The notes beneath the pieces are model-generated. The model was given only the letters and a program-made list of their open reading frames with translations, was not told the DNA's origin and did not search any database. From an uncultured Eubacteriales bacterium (GTDB lineage: Bacteria > Bacillota > Clostridia > Oscillospirales > Oscillospiraceae): DNA of 64,000 nucleotides. Location of the stretch: assembly GCA_900546485.1 (NCBI GenBank), contig URDK01000004.1, positions 4,589 to 68,588 of the forward strand, read 5' to 3'. The translations under genes were made by a program, and so were the position numbers. The stretch's first letter is position 1. Each line of letters opens with the position of its first letter. Shown in pieces: positions 38,894 to 48,412 of this stretch.

Positions 38894-39910
38894 TTGGACT
38901 ACCGCAACGAGGCGCCGCCCGTACTCAGGGACTTCCTGAGCTACCACGAAACCATCAAGGGCCACTCACGCGCCACGGTTGATGAGTACTTCCTCGACTT
39001 GAGGAATTTCTTTAGATATCTTAAAATCGAACGCGGCCTCGTGCCGCGCTCTGCGGAGCTTGACGAGATATCCATCAAGGATGTGGACCTGGATCTTATA
39101 GCCTCCGTCACGCTGAACGACGTCTACGACTATATGGCCTTTCTATCACGGGACAAGGTAAAAAACGAGCGCAGCCGTGAGCCCGAGTACGGTCTCATGG
39201 CGTCGTCCCGAGCCAGAAAAATCGCCACGATCCGCAGTTTTTATAAGTATTTGACCGTAAAGACAAAGCAGCTGGAGGTTAACCCGGTCGAGGGGCTGGA
39301 TACGCCAAAAACCACCAAGTCTCTCCCCCGCTATCTGTCGCTTGACGAGTCCAGACGTTTGCTGGATGCCGTTGACGGAGTCAACAGCGAGCGCGATTAT
39401 TGCATAATTTGCCTTTTTCTTAACTGCGGGCTGCGCATATCCGAGATAGTCGGTCTGAATGTCGGGGACGTGCGCGAGGATTCCCTTCGCATACTCGGCA
39501 AGGGCAATAAAGAGCGCATTGTCTATCTGAACGAAGCCTGCCAAGCGGCCATTGAGGCTTATAAGCCGGTACGCTCACAGATGGCCGGAAGTTCGGTCAG
39601 CGCGTTTTTTGTCTCGAATCGACGAAAGCGCATGAGTCGTGAGACAGTTCACGCCATGGTTAAGAAAACTCTGCTGAAGGCCGGCCTGGACCCGGACAAG
39701 TACTCGTCTCACAAGCTGCGGCACACAGCGGCTACGCTCATGCTGCAAAACGGGGTCGACGTGCGCACATTACAGGAGGTGCTCGGGCACGAGCACTTGA
39801 ACACGACGCAGATATACACTCACGTAGATAACTCAGAGCTGCGCCTGGCTGCACAGGCCAATCCGCTGGCCGATTATATTTCGGAAAAAAGCGACGCTGA
39901 GGACAAATGA
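38894..39910 (+). CDS. xerC: Tyrosine recombinase XerC-like
   Basis: SAM-like N-domain and catalytic R...HKLRHTAATLMLQNG...TQIYTH. TTG start with a GGAGGTGA RBS. Confidence 0.75.
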   Translation: MDYRNEAPPVLRDFLSYHETIKGHSRATVDEYFLDLRNFFRYLKIERGLVPRSAELDEISIKDVDLDLIASVTLNDVYDYMAFLSRDKVKNERSREPEYGLMASSRARKIATIRSFYKYLTVKTKQLEVNPVEGLDTPKTTKSLPRYLSLDESRRLLDAVDGVNSERDYCIICLFLNCGLRISEIVGLNVGDVREDSLRILGKGNKERIVYLNEACQAAIEAYKPVRSQMAGSSVSAFFVSNRRKRMSRETVHAMVKKTLLKAGLDPDKYSSHKLRHTAATLMLQNGVDVRTLQEVLGHEHLNTTQIYTHVDNSELRLAAQANPLADYISEKSDAEDK

Positions 39911-40012
39911 TTTGCCCTTTTGTACAAATATTTCAGGCGATTTTTGAGAACATTTCCGACTCATTTTCGTCTTTTTGCATTGCGTGACCAATTCTAAAAC
40001 ATAGGAGAGAAA

Positions 40013-40735
40013 ATGATGAAGCTTACCCGACGCATAACCGCCCTTGCACTTGCGCTGCTGATGCTCACGGCTCTTGCGGCCTGCGGAAGTAGCTCCGACG
40101 ATCCCGCCTCCCCCAGTGACGAGGTCATAGGCGACGTCGCCTCCAGCGCGGCGCCAAGCGAAAGCCCCGAGGCGTCCGAGGAGCCTGAGGAGAGCGCCGA
40201 ACCCACTCCTACCCCGACGCCTGTTCCCACGCCCACTCCTACGCCTGTTCCGACACCGACTCCCGTTCCGTCTGTGCAGCCAACTGAGCAGCCTGTGGAT
40301 CCCAGTGAGACTCCCGGTGCTCAGCCCAGCGAAAATCCGGACGGCGAGAGCGTTGACCTCAGCGCGTTTTACGATACGGTGACGTCAAGCTATGAGTTTG
40401 CTTCCCTTTCTGACCTCGACAGCACTATGCTTGACACTTATTACCCGGGGCTTACCGCAGTTTCCACCCTCCAGCTTATTGCAAAAATGCCCATGATCAG
40501 TGCCAGCGGGCATGAGATAGTGCTCATTCAGTGCGAGAATTCCGACGACGTGGCGACTGTTCAGGCCATACTTGAGGCACGCAAGCAGACTCAGGTCGAT
40601 GGCGGTGCCTGGTATCCTGAGACAACGGCCATCTGGGAGGCCGCCCAGATCTGTGTCTCCGGCAATTATCTGATGCTCATCTCGCACGAGAACGCCGCCG
40701 ACATAGCCGACAGCTTTTACGCACTCTTTGCCTGA
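40013..40735 (+). CDS. DUF4358-domain lipoprotein with a Pro/Thr-rich linker
   Basis: Lipobox LAACGSS, a (TPTPVP)n linker and a C-terminal domain (...ICVSGNYLMLISHEN). Confidence 0.7.
   Translation: MMKLTRRITALALALLMLTALAACGSSSDDPASPSDEVIGDVASSAAPSESPEASEEPEESAEPTPTPTPVPTPTPTPVPTPTPVPSVQPTEQPVDPSETPGAQPSENPDGESVDLSAFYDTVTSSYEFASLSDLDSTMLDTYYPGLTAVSTLQLIAKMPMISASGHEIVLIQCENSDDVATVQAILEARKQTQVDGGAWYPETTAIWEAAQICVSGNYLMLISHENAADIADSFYALFA
40198..40272 (+). repeat. Imperfect tandem hexanucleotide-level repeat encoding the PT-rich linker (PTPTPVPTPTPTPVPTPTPVP)
   Basis: Read directly. Confidence 0.6.
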
Positions 40736-40765
40736 TAATTCTGACAGCCCGGAGGGACGCCGCAG

Positions 40766-42163
40766 ATGGTCTTTTCCAGCATACTGTTCATGTTCATATA
40801 TCTGCCCGTGGTGCTGTTTCTCTACTACATCTCCCCGGTCAGATGGCGCAATCCCATACTTTTTGTTGCAAACCTTGTGTTCTACGGCTGGGGCGAGCCT
40901 GTTTTCATCGTCCTCATGCTGTTTTCCATCACGATAAACTATATAAACGGCATGCTCATAGGCCGCTGGAGGCTTGAAAAGCAGAAAAAAGCCAAGACTG
41001 TCCTCGTGATAAACGTGGTCATAAACCTGGCCTTGCTGGGCTTTTTCAAGTACTACGATCTCATTGCCGAGACGCTCAGCCTCCTGCCGTTTATTGATAT
41101 CAAGCCCCTGGGCATCGCGCTGCCGATAGGTATCTCCTTCTACACCTTCCAGACGATGTCCTACCCGATTGACGTCTATCGCGGTGACGCAGACGTGCAG
41201 AGAAACTACGTCAGCTTCGGCACCTTTGTGGCGCTGTTTCCGCAGCTCATTGCGGGCCCCATCGTTCGCTACAAGGATGTGGCGGACCAGCTTAATTTCC
41301 GCGCGAGCAGCATCGACCAGTTCTCCTCCGGCGTCGAGCGCTTTATGGTAGGCGTTGCGAAAAAGGTGCTCATTGCAAACAGCCTCGGCAAGCTCTGGGA
41401 CTATTATGCCGCGGTGCCGGCGGGAGAGCTCACCTTCCTGGGTTCCTGGCTGGGCATAATAGCGTTCACGCTGCAGATATACTTTGATTTCTCCGGCTAC
41501 TCCGACATGGCCATAGGACTTGGCCGTATGATAGGCTTTGAGTTCGAGGAGAACTTCAACTACCCCTACATCTCAAAGAGCGTGACCGAATTCTGGCGTC
41601 GCTGGCACATGTCCCTCGGTACATGGTTCCGCGACTACCTGTATATTCCCCTTGGAGGCAACCGCTGCGGCAGAGCCAGACAGCTTTTGAATATCACCAT
41701 TGTATGGGCGGCCACCGGCATTTGGCATGGTGCGAATTGGACCTTCCTTCTCTGGGGACTGTACTACGCGGTGTTTTTGATGATTGAGAAGCTCTTCCTG
41801 CTAAAAAGGTTGGAAAAGCTGCCGGTATTGGGCCACATTTATACTATTATTGTGGTCATGTTTGGCTGGGTCATGTTCCAGCTCGACAGCCTTACCGCGA
41901 TCGGCAATTACACCAGCGCCATGCTCGGGTTCGGCGCGTCCAGCCTGGCGGAGTCGGCGGACCTGTACTATCTGAGCAGCTATGCGCTGACGTTTGTGAT
42001 AGCCATACTCGCCTCCTTGCCCCTGGGCAGCCGGCTGTTCGGCAAGCTGCCGGATAAAGTCAAGCGAGTTGCGGCTCCGACGCTCATCGTGCTGGCGCTG
42101 ATCCTGTCTACAGCCTATCTTGTGGACGCGACCTACAATCCGTTCATTTACTTCAATTTCTAA
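40766..42163 (+). CDS. MBOAT-family membrane O-acyltransferase (AlgI/DltB/PatA-like)
   Basis: Conserved His in WRRWHMSLGTWFRDYLYIPLGG. 465 aa, polytopic. Confidence 0.85.
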   Translation: MVFSSILFMFIYLPVVLFLYYISPVRWRNPILFVANLVFYGWGEPVFIVLMLFSITINYINGMLIGRWRLEKQKKAKTVLVINVVINLALLGFFKYYDLIAETLSLLPFIDIKPLGIALPIGISFYTFQTMSYPIDVYRGDADVQRNYVSFGTFVALFPQLIAGPIVRYKDVADQLNFRASSIDQFSSGVERFMVGVAKKVLIANSLGKLWDYYAAVPAGELTFLGSWLGIIAFTLQIYFDFSGYSDMAIGLGRMIGFEFEENFNYPYISKSVTEFWRRWHMSLGTWFRDYLYIPLGGNRCGRARQLLNITIVWAATGIWHGANWTFLLWGLYYAVFLMIEKLFLLKRLEKLPVLGHIYTIIVVMFGWVMFQLDSLTAIGNYTSAMLGFGASSLAESADLYYLSSYALTFVIAILASLPLGSRLFGKLPDKVKRVAAPTLIVLALILSTAYLVDATYNPFIYFNF

Positions 42164-42175
42164 GGAGGGCCCGGT

Positions 42176-43300
42176 ATGAACAAAAAAGCACTATGGGCCG
42201 AGGCCCTCATCTTTCTGGCGTTTATAGGAGTGTTTTTCATCCTGAATCTTGTACTGCCTGACCGGCAGTTTTCTGAGCAGGAGAATCGCTACCTGCAGCA
42301 GCGACCGGAGTTCAGTTTCAAGAGCCTGTTCAGCGGAGACTATACCTCCAAATTTGAGACCTATACCACAGACCAGTTTACCTTCCGGGACGAGTGGATA
42401 ACCCTCAAGGCTGCGAGCGAGCTTGCGCTTGGCAAGCAGGAGAACAATGACGTCCATCTCTGCGAGGGCGGCACACTGATAAAGGGCTTTGAGCGTCCCG
42501 ATGACTCGACTCTGGACTCAAATATGTCCGCGCTGAACGCGCTGGTTGAGAACACCGACGCTGATGTGTATTTTGCACTTATTCCCGACAAGTCCGACCT
42601 CTACGCCTCGCTTTTGCCTAATAATGCTCCTAATGACAGCGAAAAAGAAGTAATTGACTATTGCTATGATAAGTCCGGCGCCATAAACGTGGACATGTAT
42701 TCAGCGCTCAGCTCACACACTGACGAATATATCTTCTATCGCACCGACCACCACTGGACCAGCCTCGGCGCATACTATGGCCTTTCGGCCCTCGCCGAAA
42801 GCATGGGCCTCCCCTGCCCTGCGCTTGATTCCTACACTGACAGACATGTGGTCTCCGAGGAATTCTACGGTACAACCTGGTCGTCCTCCGGCTTCTCCTG
42901 GGTTGATCCGGATACTATGGAGATCTTTGTTGATGAGCCTGAAGGCCTGAAGGTCACCAGCTACCCCGAGGGCAGCCCGGTAGAGGGCAAGCTCTATGAT
43001 TTCAGCTTCCTTGAGAAGAAGGACAAGTACTCCATGTTCATGGGCGGCAACTGCCCGATGCACGTCATAGAGACCGGTGCTGAGGACAAGCCGAGTCTGC
43101 TCATTCTTCGTGACTCCTATACGGACAGTCTTATTCCCTTCCTTCTCGATGACTTCTCTGAGATACATGTACTCGACCTGCGCTATTACCGCGCCAGCCT
43201 CAAGGCATATATGGAGCAGAATGACTTTGATAACGTACTCGTTTGTTACAGTGCCTCGAACTTCTGCACTGACTCAAACATCTTCCTATTGGGTATGTGA
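42176..43300 (+). CDS. DHHW-family protein (AlgX/AlgJ/PatB-like extracytoplasmic O-acyltransferase partner)
   Basis: N-terminal TM, then the YRTDHHWT motif. 374 aa. Confidence 0.8.
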   Translation: MNKKALWAEALIFLAFIGVFFILNLVLPDRQFSEQENRYLQQRPEFSFKSLFSGDYTSKFETYTTDQFTFRDEWITLKAASELALGKQENNDVHLCEGGTLIKGFERPDDSTLDSNMSALNALVENTDADVYFALIPDKSDLYASLLPNNAPNDSEKEVIDYCYDKSGAINVDMYSALSSHTDEYIFYRTDHHWTSLGAYYGLSALAESMGLPCPALDSYTDRHVVSEEFYGTTWSSSGFSWVDPDTMEIFVDEPEGLKVTSYPEGSPVEGKLYDFSFLEKKDKYSMFMGGNCPMHVIETGAEDKPSLLILRDSYTDSLIPFLLDDFSEIHVLDLRYYRASLKAYMEQNDFDNVLVCYSASNFCTDSNIFLLGM

Positions 43301-43390
43301 GAAGATATGAATACTCACTGTCAGTGAAGGTAAACGCACTAAAAAAGCAGCCGTCCATTAGGACGGCTGCTTTGCTTTGGGTCCGTTTTT

Positions 43391-45373
43391 TTATCGTGCC
43401 TCGTGTTTGCCCTTGGGTACCCGAAGCTCGCCGTTGAAGGCGAGAATGGAAACAAGCGCAGCACCGACGATGGCTATGGAATCGATAAATACCGAGAACC
43501 ACAGCGTGGAGAGGCCGAAGCCCGCAAGCAGCATGAGCACCAGCTTCACGATGGCAGACGCGCCGATGACAGCCGTAGAGAGCATCTTGGCATAGCGCGA
43601 AACTGCAATGGCGAGGGATATCTTGTCCACACTGCCGCCAAAGACGGTGATGTCAGTGCCTACAGGCATTGTCAGCGCCTCGACGCCGGTCATCGCGATA
43701 TCTATGTCAGCCGCAGTGTGCGAGCCTCCAAAGGATTCGCCGCTGCCTACAAAGGTCAGCCCGCGTCCGGGGACGCAGCCGCCCTTGACTTCGGCAAGAG
43801 TTGCGCGCATCTTTTCGCGGTCGCACTCGGAATAGTACTCGGGAATGCTGAGCGCCGAGGCGGCTCGAGCCGCGGAATCACGGCTCTCATCCGTGAACAT
43901 GATGACGCTGTCTATACCGCAGGCTTTGAGCTCGGCGACACCCTCTGCGGCATCGGCACGCAGCTGGTCGGTCATCACGATGCGGCCCGCGTATTCGTCG
44001 CCGATTGAGATATAATATGAGAAGTCGTCTGAGATGTCCGCGTCGGGTACCGACACGCCCTTTATCATCATGAGGTCACGGCTGCCCACGCAGATGCGTA
44101 TGCCGTCAACCTTTACCTCCACCCCGCTGCCAGGTATCTCTACAAAGTTCTCTATGAGGTCAATGTAGATCGTGTCGCCGTAGCAGGCAATGACGGAACG
44201 GGCCTGCGGAGTGTTAGAGTATGCAAGGGCGTGTGCCGCTATCTTGAGCAGCACGTTGGACTCCATACGTTCTGACTTGATGGCAACGACCTTGGGACTG
44301 CCTTCGCTGAGAGTTCCCGCCTTGTCGAAGGCCACAGTGCCGGTGTTGGCAACGCTGTCCATGGCGTTGCAGCCGTCAAAGAGCACGCCGCTCTTGGCCG
44401 CGCCGCACATGGCGCACAGCCGGATAAGCGGAACGGCAACATTGAGTGCGCAGGGGCTTGCCAAAACGAGCAGCATGGCTGCACGACGTACGGATTCCTG
44501 AATCGTGATGTCGAAAATCAGCGGCAGCAGCACGAGCACGAGGATAGCCGCTACGGTCACGATGGGGGTAAGGTAAGTCTGTATCCAGCCGAAGGATTTG
44601 GGAACCACCTCTCCCCTCTTTGCGCCGTTTTCAACAGCGGCAAAGAGCGCGGCAGCAGCGGAATCCGAGGAAAGCGAAGTAACTTCGCAGCGGAGCTGGC
44701 CGTTCTGATTGAGGCATCCGGAAAGTATCTCGTCGCCTTCCTTTACCAAAACAGCGCCGGAGTAGTCGCCAAGAGCCGAGCGGTCAAGGCTGGACGTACC
44801 CTCAAGCACAATGCAGTCACAGGGTACGCGCTCACCGGGATAGATGACTATGGTGTCCCCGACCTCGATGGTGTCGGCCGGTACAGTCTCCTCCTCCCCG
44901 TCGCGCACTACGTGCGCGTCATCCGGTTCGCAGTAGATCTGGTCGAGCACGGAGCGGTAAGTGCGTATGTAAGCATACTCGACAAACAGGCAGCCTATCT
45001 GATAGAGCAGCACAAGCGCCGTGCCCTCGATAGCAAAGCCGAATATGAGCGCGAGAATGACGGAAAGCGTTATAAGCACCGTCTTGTCCAGATACCGGCC
45101 GCGCATAACGCTCAGCACCGCGCCAGCTGCGATATCCCAGCCGGCAATGAGAACCGAGACAATCAGCAGCACTGTCGGCCAGGGTGCAGGTATGGAACGT
45201 ACGAGCAAGGACACCGCAAACGCGGCGCAGGAAACGATGAGCCTTACTATGAAGACGATGTCAAGTCCAAGCTCGTCTGAGCCGCCCGGGCCGGAGCCGG
45301 CCGCTCCGGAGCAGTCTCCGGAGCAGCTGAACCGTCTCCCGACGGACTTTTCGAGGATTTCGGTAAAGTTCAT
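43391..45373 (-). CDS. P1B-type (heavy-metal) ATPase homologue with degenerate catalytic motifs, a putative pseudo-ATPase
   Basis: 8-TM P1B architecture with an SPC TM6 motif, colinear with CopA/CzcP. DKTGT is DKAGT, TGES is absent, TGDN is TDES, and GDGxND is GSGESF. Confidence 0.7.
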   Translation of the reverse strand: MNFTEILEKSVGRRFSCSGDCSGAAGSGPGGSDELGLDIVFIVRLIVSCAAFAVSLLVRSIPAPWPTVLLIVSVLIAGWDIAAGAVLSVMRGRYLDKTVLITLSVILALIFGFAIEGTALVLLYQIGCLFVEYAYIRTYRSVLDQIYCEPDDAHVVRDGEEETVPADTIEVGDTIVIYPGERVPCDCIVLEGTSSLDRSALGDYSGAVLVKEGDEILSGCLNQNGQLRCEVTSLSSDSAAAALFAAVENGAKRGEVVPKSFGWIQTYLTPIVTVAAILVLVLLPLIFDITIQESVRRAAMLLVLASPCALNVAVPLIRLCAMCGAAKSGVLFDGCNAMDSVANTGTVAFDKAGTLSEGSPKVVAIKSERMESNVLLKIAAHALAYSNTPQARSVIACYGDTIYIDLIENFVEIPGSGVEVKVDGIRICVGSRDLMMIKGVSVPDADISDDFSYYISIGDEYAGRIVMTDQLRADAAEGVAELKACGIDSVIMFTDESRDSAARAASALSIPEYYSECDREKMRATLAEVKGGCVPGRGLTFVGSGESFGGSHTAADIDIAMTGVEALTMPVGTDITVFGGSVDKISLAIAVSRYAKMLSTAVIGASAIVKLVLMLLAGFGLSTLWFSVFIDSIAIVGAALVSILAFNGELRVPKGKHEAR

Positions 45374-45415
45374 CGAACCCCCTCCTTAAAACTTGGGATA
45401 TGCGCCGGGAAGGTC

Positions 45416-46354
45416 TCAGTCGGCCTTGCCGTCGCAGCCGAGCACGTCAACTATCTTGTGCGCGACCATGGCCTTGATAGCGGCACGGGCGGGCTTGAGA
45501 TACTGACGGGGGTCAAAGTCGGCGGGATGCTCGGCGAAATACTTGCGGATGGAAGCGGTCATGGCAAGACGCAGGTCGGAGTCAATATTTATCTTGCAGA
45601 CAGCGCTGCGGGCAGCCTGACGAAGCTGATCCTCGGGCACGCCGATGGCGCCGGGCATGTTGCCGCCGTACTTGTTGATCTCAGCAACGAACTCCTGAGG
45701 CACGGAAGATGCGCCGTGCAGGACTATCGGGAAACCAGGCAGGTTCTTCTCGACGGCCTCGAGCACGTCGAAGCGCAGCTGCGGCTTCGTGCCGGGCTTG
45801 AACTTGTAGGCACCGTGGCTGGTGCCGATGGCGATGGCCAGGGAGTCGCAGCCAGTGCGCTCTACAAACTCCTGGACCTCCTCCGGACGGGTGTAGGAGG
45901 CGTGACCTTCCTCGACCTTGACCTCGTCCTCAATGCCGGCGAGGGTGCCCAGCTCGGCCTCGACGACAACACCGTGATCGTGAGCATACTCAACGACCTG
46001 CTTGGTGATGGCGATGTTCTCCTCGAAGGGCTTGGAGCTGGCGTCTATCATAACAGAGGTGAAGCCGCCGTCGATGCAGCTCTTGCACAGCTCAAAGCTG
46101 TCGCCGTGGTCAAGGTGCAGGCAGATGGGCAGGCCGGTCTCGATAACAGCGGCCTCGACGAGCTTCATGAGGTAAGTATGATTCGCGTAGGCGCGAGCGC
46201 CCTTGGAGACCTGGAGGATGAGCGGAGCGCGCAGCTCAGCGGCGGCTTCGGTGATGCCCTGGACGATCTCCATGTTATTCACGTTGAACGCGCCAATGGC
46301 GTACCCACCGTCGTAGGCTTTGCGGAACATTTCCTTGGATGTTACGAGGCTCAT
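45416..46354 (-). CDS. fba: Class II fructose-1,6-bisphosphate aldolase
   Basis: Zn/His motifs LHLDHG and HGASS. 312 aa. Confidence 0.9.
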   Translation of the reverse strand: MSLVTSKEMFRKAYDGGYAIGAFNVNNMEIVQGITEAAAELRAPLILQVSKGARAYANHTYLMKLVEAAVIETGLPICLHLDHGDSFELCKSCIDGGFTSVMIDASSKPFEENIAITKQVVEYAHDHGVVVEAELGTLAGIEDEVKVEEGHASYTRPEEVQEFVERTGCDSLAIAIGTSHGAYKFKPGTKPQLRFDVLEAVEKNLPGFPIVLHGASSVPQEFVAEINKYGGNMPGAIGVPEDQLRQAARSAVCKINIDSDLRLAMTASIRKYFAEHPADFDPRQYLKPARAAIKAMVAHKIVDVLGCDGKAD

Positions 46355-46462
46355 AAAAATTATCTCCTTTGCAAGCGGTAAATTTATGCTATTGCTTATT
46401 TATTATATCCCAAACGTGTGATATAATCAATAACACCTTTTTAAGAATTTGGAGGTAACAAT

Positions 46463-47704
46463 ATGGAAAAAACGCTCAGGGGAGCCTGCATCATAGGCCA
46501 GTCCGGAGGCCCGACCTCCGTCATCAACGCCAGCGCATACGGCGTTATCAGGACCGCGCTTGACACGGACTGCATCACCAAGGTCTACGGTGCGGCCCAC
46601 GGCATCAAGGGCGTGCTTGACGACAAGCTCTACGACATGGGCGAGGAGGACGCCTACGAGCTCAGCCTGCTTATGAATACACCCTCCTCCGAACTCGGCT
46701 CCTGCCGCTATAAGATGGCTGATCCCGAGAAGGACGACACCGACTATAAGCGTATCCTTGAGATCTTCAAGAAATACGACGTTCGCTACTTCTTCTATAA
46801 CGGCGGCAACGACTCCATGGACACCTGCGACAAGATCAGCCGCTACATGGAGAAGAGCGGCTATGAGTGCCGTGTCATGGGCGTGCCCAAGACCATCGAT
46901 AACGACCTCTACAATACTGACCACTGCCCCGGCTTCGGCAGCGCGGCGAAGTACATCGCCACCTCCTGCGCCGAGGTTTACAAGGACGCTCATGTCTACG
47001 ACACCGGCATGATCGTCATCATCGAGATCATGGGACGTCACGCCGGCTGGCTCGCGGCCAGCTCCGCCCTCGCTGGTCTCGTCGGCTGCGGTCCGGACCT
47101 CATCTACCTGCCTGAGACCGATTTCGATATGGACAAGTTCCTTGCCGATGCTACCCGTATTTATAAGGAAAAGGGCAACTGCATCGTAGCCGTCTCCGAG
47201 GGCATCCACTATGCCGACGGCAGCTTCGTTTCCGAGGCCAAGACCAGCGCGACCGACGGCTTCGGTCATGCTCAGCTCGGCGGCCTCGCCTCCCTGCTTG
47301 CCTCCGTCGTCAAGGAGAAGACCGGCGCCAAGGTCCGCGGCATAGAGCTCTCCCTGCTCCAGCGCTGCGGCGCCCACATCGCCTCCAAGGCGGACGTGAG
47401 CGAGGCTTTCATGGCCGGCGAAGTTGCGGTTCTCTCCGCAGTCGGTGGCGAGACCGGCAAGATGGTCGCCTTTGCGCGCGAGTATGTCGACGGCAAGTAT
47501 AACTGCGTGCCCAAGCTCGTGCCTCTTACCAGCGTTGCCAACTTTGAGAAGAAGGTTCCCGCCGAGTGGATACTGCCCGACGGCAAGGGCGTTACTCAGG
47601 ACTTCATTGATTATGCTCTGCCCCTCATCCAGGGAGAGCCCGAGCGCGCGACTGAGAACTCCCTGCCCCGCTACGCAAGGCTCAAGAAGGTCCTTGCGAA
47701 GTAA
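46463..47704 (+). CDS. pfkA: 6-phosphofructokinase (long-form, group III; possibly PPi-dependent)
   Basis: GGPTSVINAS and GGNDS...PKTIDND motifs. 413 aa. Confidence 0.8.
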   Translation: MEKTLRGACIIGQSGGPTSVINASAYGVIRTALDTDCITKVYGAAHGIKGVLDDKLYDMGEEDAYELSLLMNTPSSELGSCRYKMADPEKDDTDYKRILEIFKKYDVRYFFYNGGNDSMDTCDKISRYMEKSGYECRVMGVPKTIDNDLYNTDHCPGFGSAAKYIATSCAEVYKDAHVYDTGMIVIIEIMGRHAGWLAASSALAGLVGCGPDLIYLPETDFDMDKFLADATRIYKEKGNCIVAVSEGIHYADGSFVSEAKTSATDGFGHAQLGGLASLLASVVKEKTGAKVRGIELSLLQRCGAHIASKADVSEAFMAGEVAVLSAVGGETGKMVAFAREYVDGKYNCVPKLVPLTSVANFEKKVPAEWILPDGKGVTQDFIDYALPLIQGEPERATENSLPRYARLKKVLAK

Positions 47705-47724
47705 ATTCCATATACTTTAATGAT

Positions 47725-47758
47725 AGCGCAGCGCCGCCCTTTTGGGCGGCGCTGTTTT
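47725..47758 (+). terminator. Rho-independent terminator after pfk
   Basis: agcgcagcgccgccc-tttt-gggcggcgctgttttg. Confidence 0.7.
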
Positions 47759-47840
47759 GCATTTCACGGCCTGGTGGGCTTATGCATAACATGGGTTGAG
47801 GGCCTCCGCCCTCGCTACGACATTTAGGAGGCAACGAAAA

Positions 47841-48293
47841 TTGGAAAAAACCGATACACAGGGCACCTGCACCTATAAGCAGGGCAGCCTGCCTGAGTGC
47901 GCGCCGCTCGCGCTTGCTCAGATACCGGCGCAGCAGAGCAGCGAACCGGCATATAAGAGCGGCGAGGCGCTCACGCGCGGCACGCTTTTCCCGGGACTTG
48001 ATCTTCCCTTCAAGAACATCGTCAACCAGATGCCTGCCGAGACCACGGAGCTGCGTGAGCTCATGGCGCTTGACTTCGTTACGGATGAGCTGAACCTGTA
48101 TCTCGATACTCACTCCGAGGATACTCAGGCCTTCGAGACATTTAAAACCTTCCTCAAGCTCTACGACGAGGGCCGCAAGGAGTATGTGTCACGCTTTGGA
48201 CCTCTCAGTCTCTCCGACCTGGCCTCTGCAAAGAGCTATACCTGGCTGAACGACCCCTGGCCCTGGGAATATGTGAGCAGCAAGGAGGGCTGA
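47841..48293 (+). CDS. cotJB: Spore-coat-associated CotJA-CotJB fusion protein
   Basis: The N-terminal part matches CotJA (...EALTRGTLFPGLDLPF) and the C-terminal part matches CotJB (LMALDFVTDELNLYLDTH...NDPWPWEY), in one frame with no stop. TTG start with an AGGAGG RBS. Confidence 0.65.
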   Translation: MEKTDTQGTCTYKQGSLPECAPLALAQIPAQQSSEPAYKSGEALTRGTLFPGLDLPFKNIVNQMPAETTELRELMALDFVTDELNLYLDTHSEDTQAFETFKTFLKLYDEGRKEYVSRFGPLSLSDLASAKSYTWLNDPWPWEYVSSKEG

Positions 48294-48295
48294 AC

Positions 48296-48412
48296 ATGTT
48301 TGTATATGAGAAAAAGCTGCAGTATCCCGTAAAAATCAAGAACACTAACCCCGCCCTTGCCAAGTTCATAATCAGCCAATACGGCGGGCCTTATTGCAGT
48401 ATGCTGCAATAA
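48296..48412 (+). pseudogene. cotJC: Truncated cotJC (Mn-catalase-family spore coat protein). Only the first ~33 codons are present.
   Basis: MFVYEKKLQYPVKIKNTNPALAKFIISQYGGP matches the CotJC N-terminus. The frame then runs into a palindrome and stops. The expected ~150 further codons are absent from the window. Confidence 0.7.
48391..48412. repeat. Perfect 22-bp palindrome TTATTGCAG-TATG-CTGCAATAA at the cotJC truncation point, a candidate recombination (att) site
   Basis: Read directly. A GC-rich hairpin follows it (gccgcgg...ccgcggc, 48416-48446). Confidence 0.6.
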
